This document shows, piece by piece, positions 30,601 through 37,914 of a stretch of DNA of 55,591 bases. The position numbers were made by a program, and so were the translations under genes. The first letter of the stretch is position 1. Each line of letters opens with the position of its first letter. The notes beneath the pieces were generated by a model. The model searched no databases. It was not told the origin of the DNA and saw only the letters and a program-made list of their open reading frames with translations. Origin of the DNA: a virus (taxonomy: Duplodnaviria; Caudoviricetes); IMG/VR virus record IMGVR_UViG_3300025168_000106, positions 1-55,591 of that record. The stretch is one strand, 5' to 3'.

Positions 30601-33600
30601 AGACACTTGAGAGTACTGAGGACGTTAGCAGAGAAGACCAAATTGCATATTTTGATACGAGTGAAAGCAAGGAGGATGTAACTACCGAAGAGTCAAAGCC
30701 TGCCCCTCGTCAGCAGATGGATGAAAGAAGTGCTGCGGTGGTTAGGAAAGGAAGGTTATACGGGATGAATATGGATAGTGGATACTTTCCAAGACAAGCT
30801 TCTGTAGAGCAGATAAGAAAAGTATTTGGACCTATGGGCTTTGGAGTTAGGAGAGCTAAAGACGGTGGATTTGGAAGAGGAGGAGGAGTATATCTAACCC
30901 TAAATGGAAGAAAGTTTACCCCACCGAGTTATAGAGGGAGAAGACAACAGCAAGAAGAAGTTATGCCACCTAGTCCGGAGGACTCTATGGTTGAGGTGAT
31001 AACAAGGGGAAGAGCTGAGGGGTACTCTGAGGCTTCTATAAGAGAAGTTCTCAAGTCAAGGGGTCATAGCGTGAAAGATATTAAAAGAGTGATGGCAGCT
31101 ACCGTAGACTCGTTTAGCGATGTGCGGGTCCCATTTGAGTTTGGAAATATAGTAGGAGGGATGCCTGCAGGTATACGACTGTTCCAACAAATACAGTCTG
31201 AGATAGATACTTTTAAGGCACCTACCGTAAAACGTACAGGAGTACGTATGACACCTTTTGTGAGAGCGCAAAGACTTTCGGATTTAAGAGAGGCTAATCC
31301 TACCCTATCAGAGATATCTGATACAGCTTTATTAAGAAGGTTTCCTCGTAGAGGAGTACAAGCGGAGACAGTAGTAACCGAGAAGACCCCGGCAGAGGTA
31401 AGGGAGAAAGCATTAGAGATACTGCGTGATAACTCCGTTTTCCAAGAGCAAAGTGAGCAGGTTCAAATGGAGCTTGTTATAGCTATGGATAGAGCGCTTG
31501 GTATTACAGCGAATCGTTCTGTCTCTAAAGAGATAGCTGCGGTGAGAAGTTCTATTGTTCAGCGTAACAGGAAGGGAAGAGAGCTTCAAGCTATAAAAAG
31601 ACAGTTAAGGAATCTTATTCGTACACATATACCTACGTCAAAAGACTACAGTCAAGCGGCTATAAACAGATTGGTAAGAGCGACAGCGGCTGTAACAGAA
31701 GATAACTATAGGGTTCAGGTAGAGAAGGTGTTGCAAGTAATTGAAAAGCAGCGGGAGAATATGAGGGAGAAAGTTCTTAAGAAACTACTTACTGATGTAA
31801 CTCGTGGGGCGAGAAAAACTATTACTGATACCAAGAAAAACAGAGTAGGGTCTTTAGATATACAAGGACAATCTTTTGCAGAGATATTTAAGAAAGCTCT
31901 AACCTTAGCTATGGCGTCTGAGACGAAGCAAGAGAAAGCTATGGAAGAGTTTAGGTTACTTGCAGAGGAGTTAGAGACAGACGAAGGTATAGTAGCTTTA
32001 GCAAAAAGTGCGTCAGGAGAAACGCTTACCTCAAAAGAAGAGCGCCTAGTTAATATAGCTGTGGCTTTGGATTTAGTAAAGAACCTCCCGTCTATGTCGT
32101 TAGAAGAGGTAGAGAATTTAGCCAATGACTATGCTGTGGCTGCGTCTATGTCTAGACAAGAGCTCTCCGCAACAAGGAAAAGAAGAGCTTTAGAGACGGA
32201 TACTTTAAGACAGAAAGTTACCGATTCTTTACGTATGTCTAACCCTGAGATGTTTCATGAAGATGGAAGTTTCATAAAAGATGCAAACGAGAGAAGAGCT
32301 TTACTAGACGATGTTCGTAAGTATTGGGTAGAAGGGAAAGGCAAAGGGCTATCGGCTAGATTGAAAGGTCAGGTTAAAGCGGCAAAGGCATATGTAGAAA
32401 TATACAAGTGGATGAGTGGCCCCCAAATGGTAAAGTCTATGTTCGATAGCCTTAAGCACTTAGGGACATTTATGAACTCAGTGAATGATACTCTTTATGA
32501 AGAGGTGTTTAACCGTCTTAATAGAATGGATAACAACTCCTTAAAAGGTTACTTTAAGCAGCAGGACTTTTTAAGAAGCTTAGGGTATGACGCTGTATTA
32601 GAACAGTTGTTTGATACAGAGATGTATCAAGTAAAAGGAGTAAGGTCTACTGTGAGTGGGAAAAAAAGAAATGAATCGTTCAGTAAAGACCAACTCTTAA
32701 GACTCTATGCTCTTTCTCTAAACCCTATTCAAAATCGTAAGCTAGAAGCTATGGGTTTTACAAGGGTAAAGATGATTGAAATTGAAGAGTACTTAGGTAA
32801 AGACGTAACAGGGTTTGCGGATAAAGTAGTAGCGTATTTAAGCAACGAATATTATGAGGGAGTAAACGATGTGTATCGTGATGTAAACGACGTCAACTTG
32901 AACTACGTAGAGAACTACTTTCCTACTATGACTACGCAGTCAGATGTCAATCCAAAACAATTGTTTGAGGGAGACTTTAATGGAATCTTTAATGCGGAAA
33001 GTGCTCCTGCATTAAGGAACCGTAATGATATGACTAGCGATATAAACTTAAAGGGAGCGTCCTTCACCTCAGCCCTTGAGTCTCATGTAAAAACTATGGA
33101 GCATTATAAAGCTTATGCTTCTGATACAAAGAAGCTGAACGCGATATTTAATACCAATAGCGTTGATGGAACCTTAGCTATGTTAGGGGTGAAGACTATG
33201 GTAAAGCAATCGGTTAATAATGCCATCAACCCTGACTCCGGTAAAAATGCTCTAAACTCTTCAGGAAAGATATTTAATATTTTACAAACTAAGTTTACAT
33301 CGTATGCTTTAGCCTTTCGATTAGTTCAAATTGCAAAGCAGATGACATCGTTCATCAACGCTTTTGAGAACTATGCTTTCCGAAAGAGTGGTAAGCAAAA
33401 TGTATTGGTGGATATCATGCCTTTCCTTATGGACTATGCTGCTGTTATGGCGCAACCAAGGAAGTATATAAAGATGGCTACGGAAATGTCTCCTACGTTT
33501 AGGTATCGTTTAGCTCAAGGGGTAAAGGGAGACCTTGCGGGACTTGAATCAGGTTCACCAACCTTAACAGCGTTAGAGAATAGACAAACTCGTTGGGCGA

Positions 33601-34544
33601 AATTTGCAAGAGGGTTTAAAAAAGGAGGAGCAGCTCCTACTATAGTGGGTGATATCATGGGAGTCATGGGATACATGGCTAACTATAGACGTAATATAAA
33701 GAACGGGATGAGTGAAGAGAAAGCTGTCGAAGCTTTCAATGAGTACAACCAAACTCAACAAACGAGAAGACCTTCAGAAAGAGCTATCCTTCAGCAGAAC
33801 AGTAACTTTATCATTAGAGGATTCACTATGTTTGGCTCGACCCCCATTCTGTATATCAACAATGTGATGCAGGCTTCAACAAATATCTTGAGGAGTTGGA
33901 ACAAAGGGGGCATAAAGAGCATAAATCAAAAAGACGTAAGAAGGCTCGCCCTAAACTTAGGAGCAGCCAACGCAGCGTTTGTTGCGATGTCTAACCTTGG
34001 TCTCTTACTACGTGGAGATGATGAGGAACGTAAAGAGGCTATGAGGCAGATTAGAAATGCTATGTTGGGACTCAACCTTGTGTATATGACTCCTTTCGTA
34101 GGTTCAGCGGTTAAGGGTGTAGAGAATTATATGACAGGAAATAGAAGACCTGCAGACATGGGTGTGAATCCATTGACCTCTTTATTTAACAAGTTTAAAA
34201 AAGCCGCTGAAGATGATAAGGAAATGGAAGCTATGTTGCAGGTTGTAATAGAGATAGGTATCGGAGCACAGCTTGCTCCACTCCAAGCTCTTATTGAAAC
34301 AGCGGGTAACCTCGATGAGGCAGGTATAGAAGAGATATATGATATAATTGGATACTCAGAGTCGTATCGAGAGAAAGCAGCTAAAGAAGGTTACGAGAAA
34401 CCGACACGGGCATACCAAAGAGAATTGGACGCTAAAGCTAAAAAGAAGGCTAGTCAAGAAGCGAACGCTGCTTATGTTAGGAATAAGGAAAAAGCAGCCG
34501 AACAAAGAGAAAAGGAAAGAAACAAATACAGATACAACAAGTAG
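24663..34544 (+). CDS. Giant ejected polyvalent protein (two zincin-like HExxH domains, kinase-like domain, LPD23-like region)
   Basis: 3293 aa; Gly-rich TM-like segment near aa 690-730; HEVFH at 28599; kinase-like GGSSRIVY..VIKVAK..D....NWG....VLVDEG; TGWELGADGKWKYEI; HELQH at 30054; GEVEAR. Confidence 0.75.
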   Translation: MNEQAIRDSYELFKTGGYSKSYEEFVTLINSNPQALEDSYTLFQTGGYTKGMEEYELLMGVKKKDEPMESTSEDGSLDLSEEAPEALFPSPEQQAVKDEEVLQSIQQGLVDDDAGPFEREAAQAPITDARGQQWDGVPFNEQEARIKKEKRKVEDASMVERDLMEKEAEALELDKERAVALSTPEVDRQLAEVNSQLVGLEEDEVVEKLQNLFKGRGFTFEKIGLGLDRMRVRTTDGLHSIDIELDNFLTSTDVAESAELQTFLRTHFNPTRFSENQDSITKAFRAQEMRDSERWNEDGTRSTVKFMSYEEDGVHKVAPTLFPKSTVQRSSPRAEDWLELDMDAAIAEAERRNEVFTFDSQEEAEAFAEGSWKGVNSVDLEGQKYYNQYGRDYISDSQAFDNYSKAKETRLFLEEELAIQQSSFFGDEGQYGDLTASEQEAYGEYFRKDGSLRGDAQDIINSLDEEEANLWNIIDSENYMEVQDNFDTYLEKRHQASAQQAANINYEAKAIEDGLNNVSLNEFGITLDQLSTYQPKDEAERVRLNEVIEIQNALETKKELAALQYETALTYFDAKANKEIGVEFVDNLEGWWVAVSDGFANGQAGDVILNAAMGIYGDEAEDMNRAAQKMTDYMNSVDGRQSRAMSRFNSAEDGFGREVRSALRRDPAEVIATWAGASLAQILPYGWKIIPSFIATGAATGATIGATGLVTGPGGVLTMGAGALSGGMYGFRAGYAMTNLVLEYTNGVLDAGRELKYNMNDPEEAGLALQDPDVWERGRERGLKRGIPIALMDFLMTGLAGKVFKPIAVASKGRKIANYTAEALTLAPAFEGAGEFLAQLNVGDEVSMKEIIAEAGGSIGMSTPFSAVNIYKSTRGNYNQKIAENLMNMKLMASERASDKQIQSWSNRMLKLGKITTEQNQRILENIGLRKEAQEILDITGPSRLGINKKVQTRLMELLDIRAGLDATTNSRSIFSEELAAVNKEIAEIGRTNELSESPAENINFDFGKIGKRTTVPSYRIGNTMYSKTQFLSYIEKLSLRKAHKLMKDSEVVNDEETSILLDEKLQPFAPEEATQTTEDAIQESSPTEVDVQEQSTDGAAVGEGDVITETTEEITPEDEVTETEEVEEEAIEIVDKGTKEDVKAFREGTLDAKRKKALLAGIAQRINDKKKLTKFQEEVGKDNDFEIAELQGQIIEQEKLMLEARDLEESLGPDTSVKKSKPAKIEGNISINKEGKYTFTPKGKAQRNKVVVAARKAAKAIKKILPKTRILLHESNEEFLKAVGRAGRAEYLPAENVIHVNLSSATETTMAHEVFHAVFLNSVKTDARAAKAAEVMMLSVRKSLKDGSALAKKIDAFAAKYTGKQAQFQNEERLAELIGILASSKDYKQLSKPAKNVIIEFFKDLALRFGIELGTDFGKTDESVIDLMNTIARKTREGREIEESDVEALNEILPKDLTPEEYIKKQTEGRQQKVISDVLDVNELEVVSKGGSSRIVYMHPDGKNVIKVAKTPKGLEQNIALGFGDVNYLGTFVPELEEQGLDYIIIENVPRNDTEVNKFLKPLKKFTAQDFKNRTAELQDAMRELELEGFMDYNILWNDFTATRNWGMRENGEFVLVDEGALDDSIHFTSEVQAWSKEEWAEVLSRRRENKKKPAPRQQIIGENAELSAQVREDLQYAKIEHEAYMMQKEGVLDAPTENMMNPAAIKEITGWELGADGKWKYEIQDGRLKEVKNGTYKLGDIYNAPEFYEAYPEAKDISVAIEVRPQGKENSWFMPEDNSIEINVKDQRRVLQDLVHELQHFVQFKEGFAIGGNANTFYQNPEIIEKLEKEAGKEGLIIKNEMLRALSFTIEEAMDEHEGVALDKIMTKEFLEKNMGFYLDTFDNLVERELIDKNADFAQALEDFYFELPEMDRRKLKIAQREGGLDEALDASSEISVPVKEALYKLSNHAMYERLMGEVEARNVTNRLFSSAERRARQTLESTEDVSREDQIAYFDTSESKEDVTTEESKPAPRQQMDERSAAVVRKGRLYGMNMDSGYFPRQASVEQIRKVFGPMGFGVRRAKDGGFGRGGGVYLTLNGRKFTPPSYRGRRQQQEEVMPPSPEDSMVEVITRGRAEGYSEASIREVLKSRGHSVKDIKRVMAATVDSFSDVRVPFEFGNIVGGMPAGIRLFQQIQSEIDTFKAPTVKRTGVRMTPFVRAQRLSDLREANPTLSEISDTALLRRFPRRGVQAETVVTEKTPAEVREKALEILRDNSVFQEQSEQVQMELVIAMDRALGITANRSVSKEIAAVRSSIVQRNRKGRELQAIKRQLRNLIRTHIPTSKDYSQAAINRLVRATAAVTEDNYRVQVEKVLQVIEKQRENMREKVLKKLLTDVTRGARKTITDTKKNRVGSLDIQGQSFAEIFKKALTLAMASETKQEKAMEEFRLLAEELETDEGIVALAKSASGETLTSKEERLVNIAVALDLVKNLPSMSLEEVENLANDYAVAASMSRQELSATRKRRALETDTLRQKVTDSLRMSNPEMFHEDGSFIKDANERRALLDDVRKYWVEGKGKGLSARLKGQVKAAKAYVEIYKWMSGPQMVKSMFDSLKHLGTFMNSVNDTLYEEVFNRLNRMDNNSLKGYFKQQDFLRSLGYDAVLEQLFDTEMYQVKGVRSTVSGKKRNESFSKDQLLRLYALSLNPIQNRKLEAMGFTRVKMIEIEEYLGKDVTGFADKVVAYLSNEYYEGVNDVYRDVNDVNLNYVENYFPTMTTQSDVNPKQLFEGDFNGIFNAESAPALRNRNDMTSDINLKGASFTSALESHVKTMEHYKAYASDTKKLNAIFNTNSVDGTLAMLGVKTMVKQSVNNAINPDSGKNALNSSGKIFNILQTKFTSYALAFRLVQIAKQMTSFINAFENYAFRKSGKQNVLVDIMPFLMDYAAVMAQPRKYIKMATEMSPTFRYRLAQGVKGDLAGLESGSPTLTALENRQTRWAKFARGFKKGGAAPTIVGDIMGVMGYMANYRRNIKNGMSEEKAVEAFNEYNQTQQTRRPSERAILQQNSNFIIRGFTMFGSTPILYINNVMQASTNILRSWNKGGIKSINQKDVRRLALNLGAANAAFVAMSNLGLLLRGDDEERKEAMRQIRNAMLGLNLVYMTPFVGSAVKGVENYMTGNRRPADMGVNPLTSLFNKFKKAAEDDKEMEAMLQVVIEIGIGAQLAPLQALIETAGNLDEAGIEEIYDIIGYSESYREKAAKEGYEKPTRAYQRELDAKAKKKASQEANAAYVRNKEKAAEQREKERNKYRYNK
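27901..28059 (+). CDS. Candidate nested (+1 frame) small basic protein MPFKSQAQRRWMY...
   Basis: ATG with A at -3 after an A-rich stretch; the 52-aa product resembles, from recall, small MPFKS-x-AQ-rr phage proteins. Confidence 0.5.
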   Translation: MPFKSQAQRRWMYKNNPQMAQQWEKETSSQKLPKRLLPKTKLQKRRRLKKKP

Positions 34545-34571
34545 CTAGCGAGGGTTTGAACCCTCGTCTAG
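34545..34571. repeat. GAGGGTT-TG-AACCCTC palindrome at the convergence of the two genome arms
   Basis: CTAG-CGAGGGTTTGAACCCTCG-T-CTAG; core at 34550-34565. Confidence 0.85.
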
Positions 34572-34748
34572 TGAGCCTTCTACATCTTCTAAAATAGCTT
34601 TCAGTTCTTTTAAGTCTTGTCGGACAGAGTGGAAGTCTGTATCCATTAAATTCTCATACAGTGAATTTGCATGGTTATGAATACGATTCATCAAACTATT
34701 GATGTAAGCTATTCTATGCATCTCAAACACTGATATCTTTTGTTTCAT
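34545..34748 (-). CDS. Hypothetical protein
   Basis: 67-aa helical ORF, last gene of the leftward arm. Confidence 0.65.
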   Translation of the reverse strand: MKQKISVFEMHRIAYINSLMNRIHNHANSLYENLMDTDFHSVRQDLKELKAILEDVEGSLDEGSNPR

Positions 34749-34749
34749 T

Positions 34750-35076
34750 TTAATAAGAAAAGTCTGTTATTATTTTTTCTTCTAATAGAAGGTCTAGGTA
34801 GTCATCACAATAAATTTCTTCAATCTCTACAAATAAAGGGGTGTCCTCTGTCTGATGAAGGAACCTTACAATAAAAAAGAAAGGGTCGCTCCCCTTTAAT
34901 ACGCAACCTACCTCTTGAATCCATCCATCTTCTCGCGGTAAAAATTCCGCATTATCCTCCAATACAGTTACAATTCTAACGGAGGTTTGTTTATCAAAAG
35001 CCCTAAGGCTTTCTAAAAAGTCTACGTCAAAATCGTATGGTCTAATCTCCTCTGTATACCTCTGTCTTGATTCCAT
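34750..35076 (-). CDS. Hypothetical acidic protein
   Basis: 108-aa ORF in a tightly packed operon. Confidence 0.65.
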   Translation of the reverse strand: MESRQRYTEEIRPYDFDVDFLESLRAFDKQTSVRIVTVLEDNAEFLPREDGWIQEVGCVLKGSDPFFFIVRFLHQTEDTPLFVEIEEIYCDDYLDLLLEEKIITDFSY

Positions 35077-35284
35077 GTTTACTAAGTTCTTTAATTCTAT
35101 ATTCTTGCAGCTTTGACAACCTCCCTTTCGGTCTTTTCACCTCGCTAAACAACACTCCGCAGTCCGGAGGGATAGCAACCAAGTCCGGTATTCCGTTCTT
35201 GTTTGTTTGAATAAGCTTGATAACATAGTATCCCTCGGCTTCAAGTTGCTTGATTCTATTGCTTTGTATTTGCTGCTCCGTCAT
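35042..35284 (-). CDS. VRR-NUC / Holliday junction resolvase-like nuclease
   Basis: MTEQQIQ...GIPDL...FSEVKRPKGRLSKLQ PD-(D/E)xK motif; TATATTTG box at 35288-35295 on the - strand. Confidence 0.85.
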   Translation of the reverse strand: MTEQQIQSNRIKQLEAEGYYVIKLIQTNKNGIPDLVAIPPDCGVLFSEVKRPKGRLSKLQEYRIKELSKHGIKTEVYRGD

Positions 35285-35299
35285 TTTCAAATATAACCA

Positions 35300-35737
35300 T
35301 TAATACATTATCTTTTTAAAAGATGATTGTATAACGTACTCTACCATCACTTCAATATCATTAGAAGAGCCCTTTCTTTTGCTTCTCCCCCCTATATTAA
35401 CCTTACCTATAAGGTCTTCTATATTCCCTATAATGATACCATCGTCACATGCCCATATAATAAACGCTAAGTCTGTGTCAGGGTCATTTTTAAAAAGGTC
35501 ATGTATCTTCACTAGCTTCCTTGCCGCAACAGGTAAAGGAAATGCGTGTTCTATATCCGTGTGCCTTCCCTTAACCTCTACATAGGCATAGGTATCAGTA
35601 GTAGGAGAGTAAACACGAAAGTCTATATCAAAGCCCCCTAGCTTCTTATAACTCCCTTGAGGCAGATTCCTAGTCCATAGCTTAATGGCCCTCTCTTCTC
35701 TCTCTAGATTTTTTTCATTCTCAAATAACTTGCTCAT
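35300..35737 (-). CDS. PD-(D/E)xK family endonuclease
   Basis: DIDF...YVEVKGR catalytic motif. Confidence 0.7.
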   Translation of the reverse strand: MSKLFENEKNLEREERAIKLWTRNLPQGSYKKLGGFDIDFRVYSPTTDTYAYVEVKGRHTDIEHAFPLPVAARKLVKIHDLFKNDPDTDLAFIIWACDDGIIIGNIEDLIGKVNIGGRSKRKGSSNDIEVMVEYVIQSSFKKIMY

Positions 35738-36482
35738 GTTTTATTATTTTATAAACCATAGTAAGGGTTAGTTCCTTGTTATTATCAATCATATCTACTA
35801 ACAGAGGTTCTTTCCTGTGTACGAATATTAGTCTTGCCATCATACCATTGGAAACTTTATACTTATTAATAAAGTAATGTCTCTTCCTCACATATCCGTT
35901 AGGTGGTCTCTCCATCTCATTATATTCCTTTACTAAATTACCAAGAGTAAAGTCTTTTATTCTCTTATCAAATACTTCGTCCTTATCTAAAAATTTTGTA
36001 AGAGAATATCTTATGTTTTTTCCTCGAAAATTATGCGTTTGTGCATGGCAATTGGGACATACAACCTGAAGATTCTCATCAGTATTATTACTTAGGTCTC
36101 CATTCATATGATGAAGCTCAAGTGGTATTTTCTGACCATTCCATTTAGAAGTATCACAAACTTCACAAGTATGGTTCTGTATTATAAAATGGTATTTTCT
36201 AAGAGTATCCCAAGAATGAAGTTTCCCATTATCTCTTTCTTGTAGATACTTGTTAATCCATGTTAATTTACTTTTCTCTATCTTGTGTTTAGAGTTATTA
36301 ACCTCACTGAAATTAATCTTATCCATCTTCCCGTCCTCCCAAGCTTTTCGAGATTTGATTGATTTTTTTAGTTTTGCTTCCACACTAAACTCTCTTGAGT
36401 TTCTACACGATAAAGAACAAAAATTTAGAAGGCCCTTTTGAGGTGTAAACTCTTTATCGCATTTCTTACATGATTTAAGCAT
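35721..36482 (-). CDS. HNH endonuclease (homing-type) with N-terminal Zn finger
   Basis: CKKC...CSLSC finger; CEVC...LELHHMNGDLSNN..NLQVVCPNCH HNH core. Confidence 0.88.
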   Translation of the reverse strand: MLKSCKKCDKEFTPQKGLLNFCSLSCRNSREFSVEAKLKKSIKSRKAWEDGKMDKINFSEVNNSKHKIEKSKLTWINKYLQERDNGKLHSWDTLRKYHFIIQNHTCEVCDTSKWNGQKIPLELHHMNGDLSNNTDENLQVVCPNCHAQTHNFRGKNIRYSLTKFLDKDEVFDKRIKDFTLGNLVKEYNEMERPPNGYVRKRHYFINKYKVSNGMMARLIFVHRKEPLLVDMIDNNKELTLTMVYKIIKHEQVI

Positions 36483-37914
36483 CTTTTTTAAAGTGGGTTA
36501 GGGTATATGATTTCTTTTTAGTTACAGCTTTGTATATCTTATCTTCGATACCTCCTTTAGAGAATACCCAATACACATCGCTCTTGAGTCTATCTTTAGT
36601 AGTCATCCTATCTCTTGATTGCCAATAGCTCGTAGCAGAGAAGTCAATGTTGTAGTACACAAGGGCAGAGGCTTGTCTCAGAGAGATACCTTCCCTTCCC
36701 GATACAATCTGTAGGGCTATGCTTTTATCTGTGGTCTCGAACTCTTCAAGCTCTGTCGTCAGGGCGTCTCCGTAAACTTCTTTTAAGGCATTGAGCTCCT
36801 CCTTAAACTTATAGAAGATTCCAACCTTTTGTCCCTCGAAACTATCTCGTATGAAGTGAGCTTTGGTATAGTCAAACACCATAGAGTTCCCGCTTTCGAA
36901 TTTCACCGTACCTGAGTACATCTGATGTAGCTTCTGCATAAGTTTAACCGGAGTATCCGCAAGGATATCCTCAGACTTGCCTTCTAACACTAAATCTTTT
37001 GTGAGCTTATTGCACATAGCATAGGTAGACTCTTTCATATCTACATACAGCACATGCTCTTGAGTATCTACCTTAAACCCCGCTTGTTCTTGGGTGTAAG
37101 CTATCGTGTAAGGCTTCATGAGATTCATGACAGACTCAGGAGCATCGTCATAGTTCTTATGGAACATTCCGTTAATCTTTATCTCTTTAATCCTAACATG
37201 CGCTCGTGCAAATCCATAGAAGTTTTTGAATGAACGGAAAGGATTGTTAGGGATACCATACACCTGATGGTATATCATACTGTAAGACTCAGGAGTGGGT
37301 GTTCCTGATAGCAGGATGACATGGCTACCACATTTCTTAACCAACTCTTTCACCGCCTTAGCTCGATTGCTTGGCTTCGGGTATGACCCCATTCCGTGAG
37401 CCTCGTCACATATTATCAAATCCCACTTTACGTCAGGAGCTTTGTGTAGGCTCTCGTAGTTTATAATAAACAAGACGTAGCTTGGGCAGAGAAGGTCTGT
37501 GTCAGCTGTGATACTACTTATAGCTTTCTTCTTGGTTATGAAAAGAACATTCTTATACCCAAGTTCCTCAGCTATCCCTAAACTCGTCAGGGTTTTCCCT
37601 GTCCTAACCTCCATAGAGAGATACAAAAACTTCTTAGATGTAAGTATCTGTTTCCCTTTGGCTATTATCTCTGTTTGATAGTCTCTAAATTTTAAGGTGC
37701 TGCTCATGTTTTTCTTGTAATATTCAACGCTGTTATTAATCTTATCCAAAACGTCTTTAGAGATATTATTCTTAAGTATAGTCCTACTCTCTTTACTCTT
37801 CCCTCTTCCGGATGTTATGACTTTGGTTTGAGAAACAACCTTTTGAAGTATCAAACAACGTTTGTACATCATCTCATCGCTATAGCAGGGTCTTCTTTCT
37901 AAGATGTCCCTCAT
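36475..37914 (-). CDS. SNF2-like (SF2) helicase
   Basis: FRDYQ Q-motif, MEVRTGKT, DEAH, LSGTP, GREGISL, QSRDR. Confidence 0.88.
   Translation of the reverse strand: MRDILERRPCYSDEMMYKRCLILQKVVSQTKVITSGRGKSKESRTILKNNISKDVLDKINNSVEYYKKNMSSTLKFRDYQTEIIAKGKQILTSKKFLYLSMEVRTGKTLTSLGIAEELGYKNVLFITKKKAISSITADTDLLCPSYVLFIINYESLHKAPDVKWDLIICDEAHGMGSYPKPSNRAKAVKELVKKCGSHVILLSGTPTPESYSMIYHQVYGIPNNPFRSFKNFYGFARAHVRIKEIKINGMFHKNYDDAPESVMNLMKPYTIAYTQEQAGFKVDTQEHVLYVDMKESTYAMCNKLTKDLVLEGKSEDILADTPVKLMQKLHQMYSGTVKFESGNSMVFDYTKAHFIRDSFEGQKVGIFYKFKEELNALKEVYGDALTTELEEFETTDKSIALQIVSGREGISLRQASALVYYNIDFSATSYWQSRDRMTTKDRLKSDVYWVFSKGGIEDKIYKAVTKKKSYTLTHFKKDA

Noticed and set aside
853-33761. Numerous - strand ORFs inside the structural genes (and + strand ORFs inside the leftward arm)
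   Set aside because: Antisense shadows of long, well-supported genes, with no recognisable motifs.
24663-34544. Giant protein as a virion RNA polymerase (N4- or crAss-type) recognising the hairpins
   Set aside because: I found no DxDGD/DFDID or T7-like polymerase motifs by eye, and the promoters look host-sigma type; a profile search would be needed to exclude it fully.
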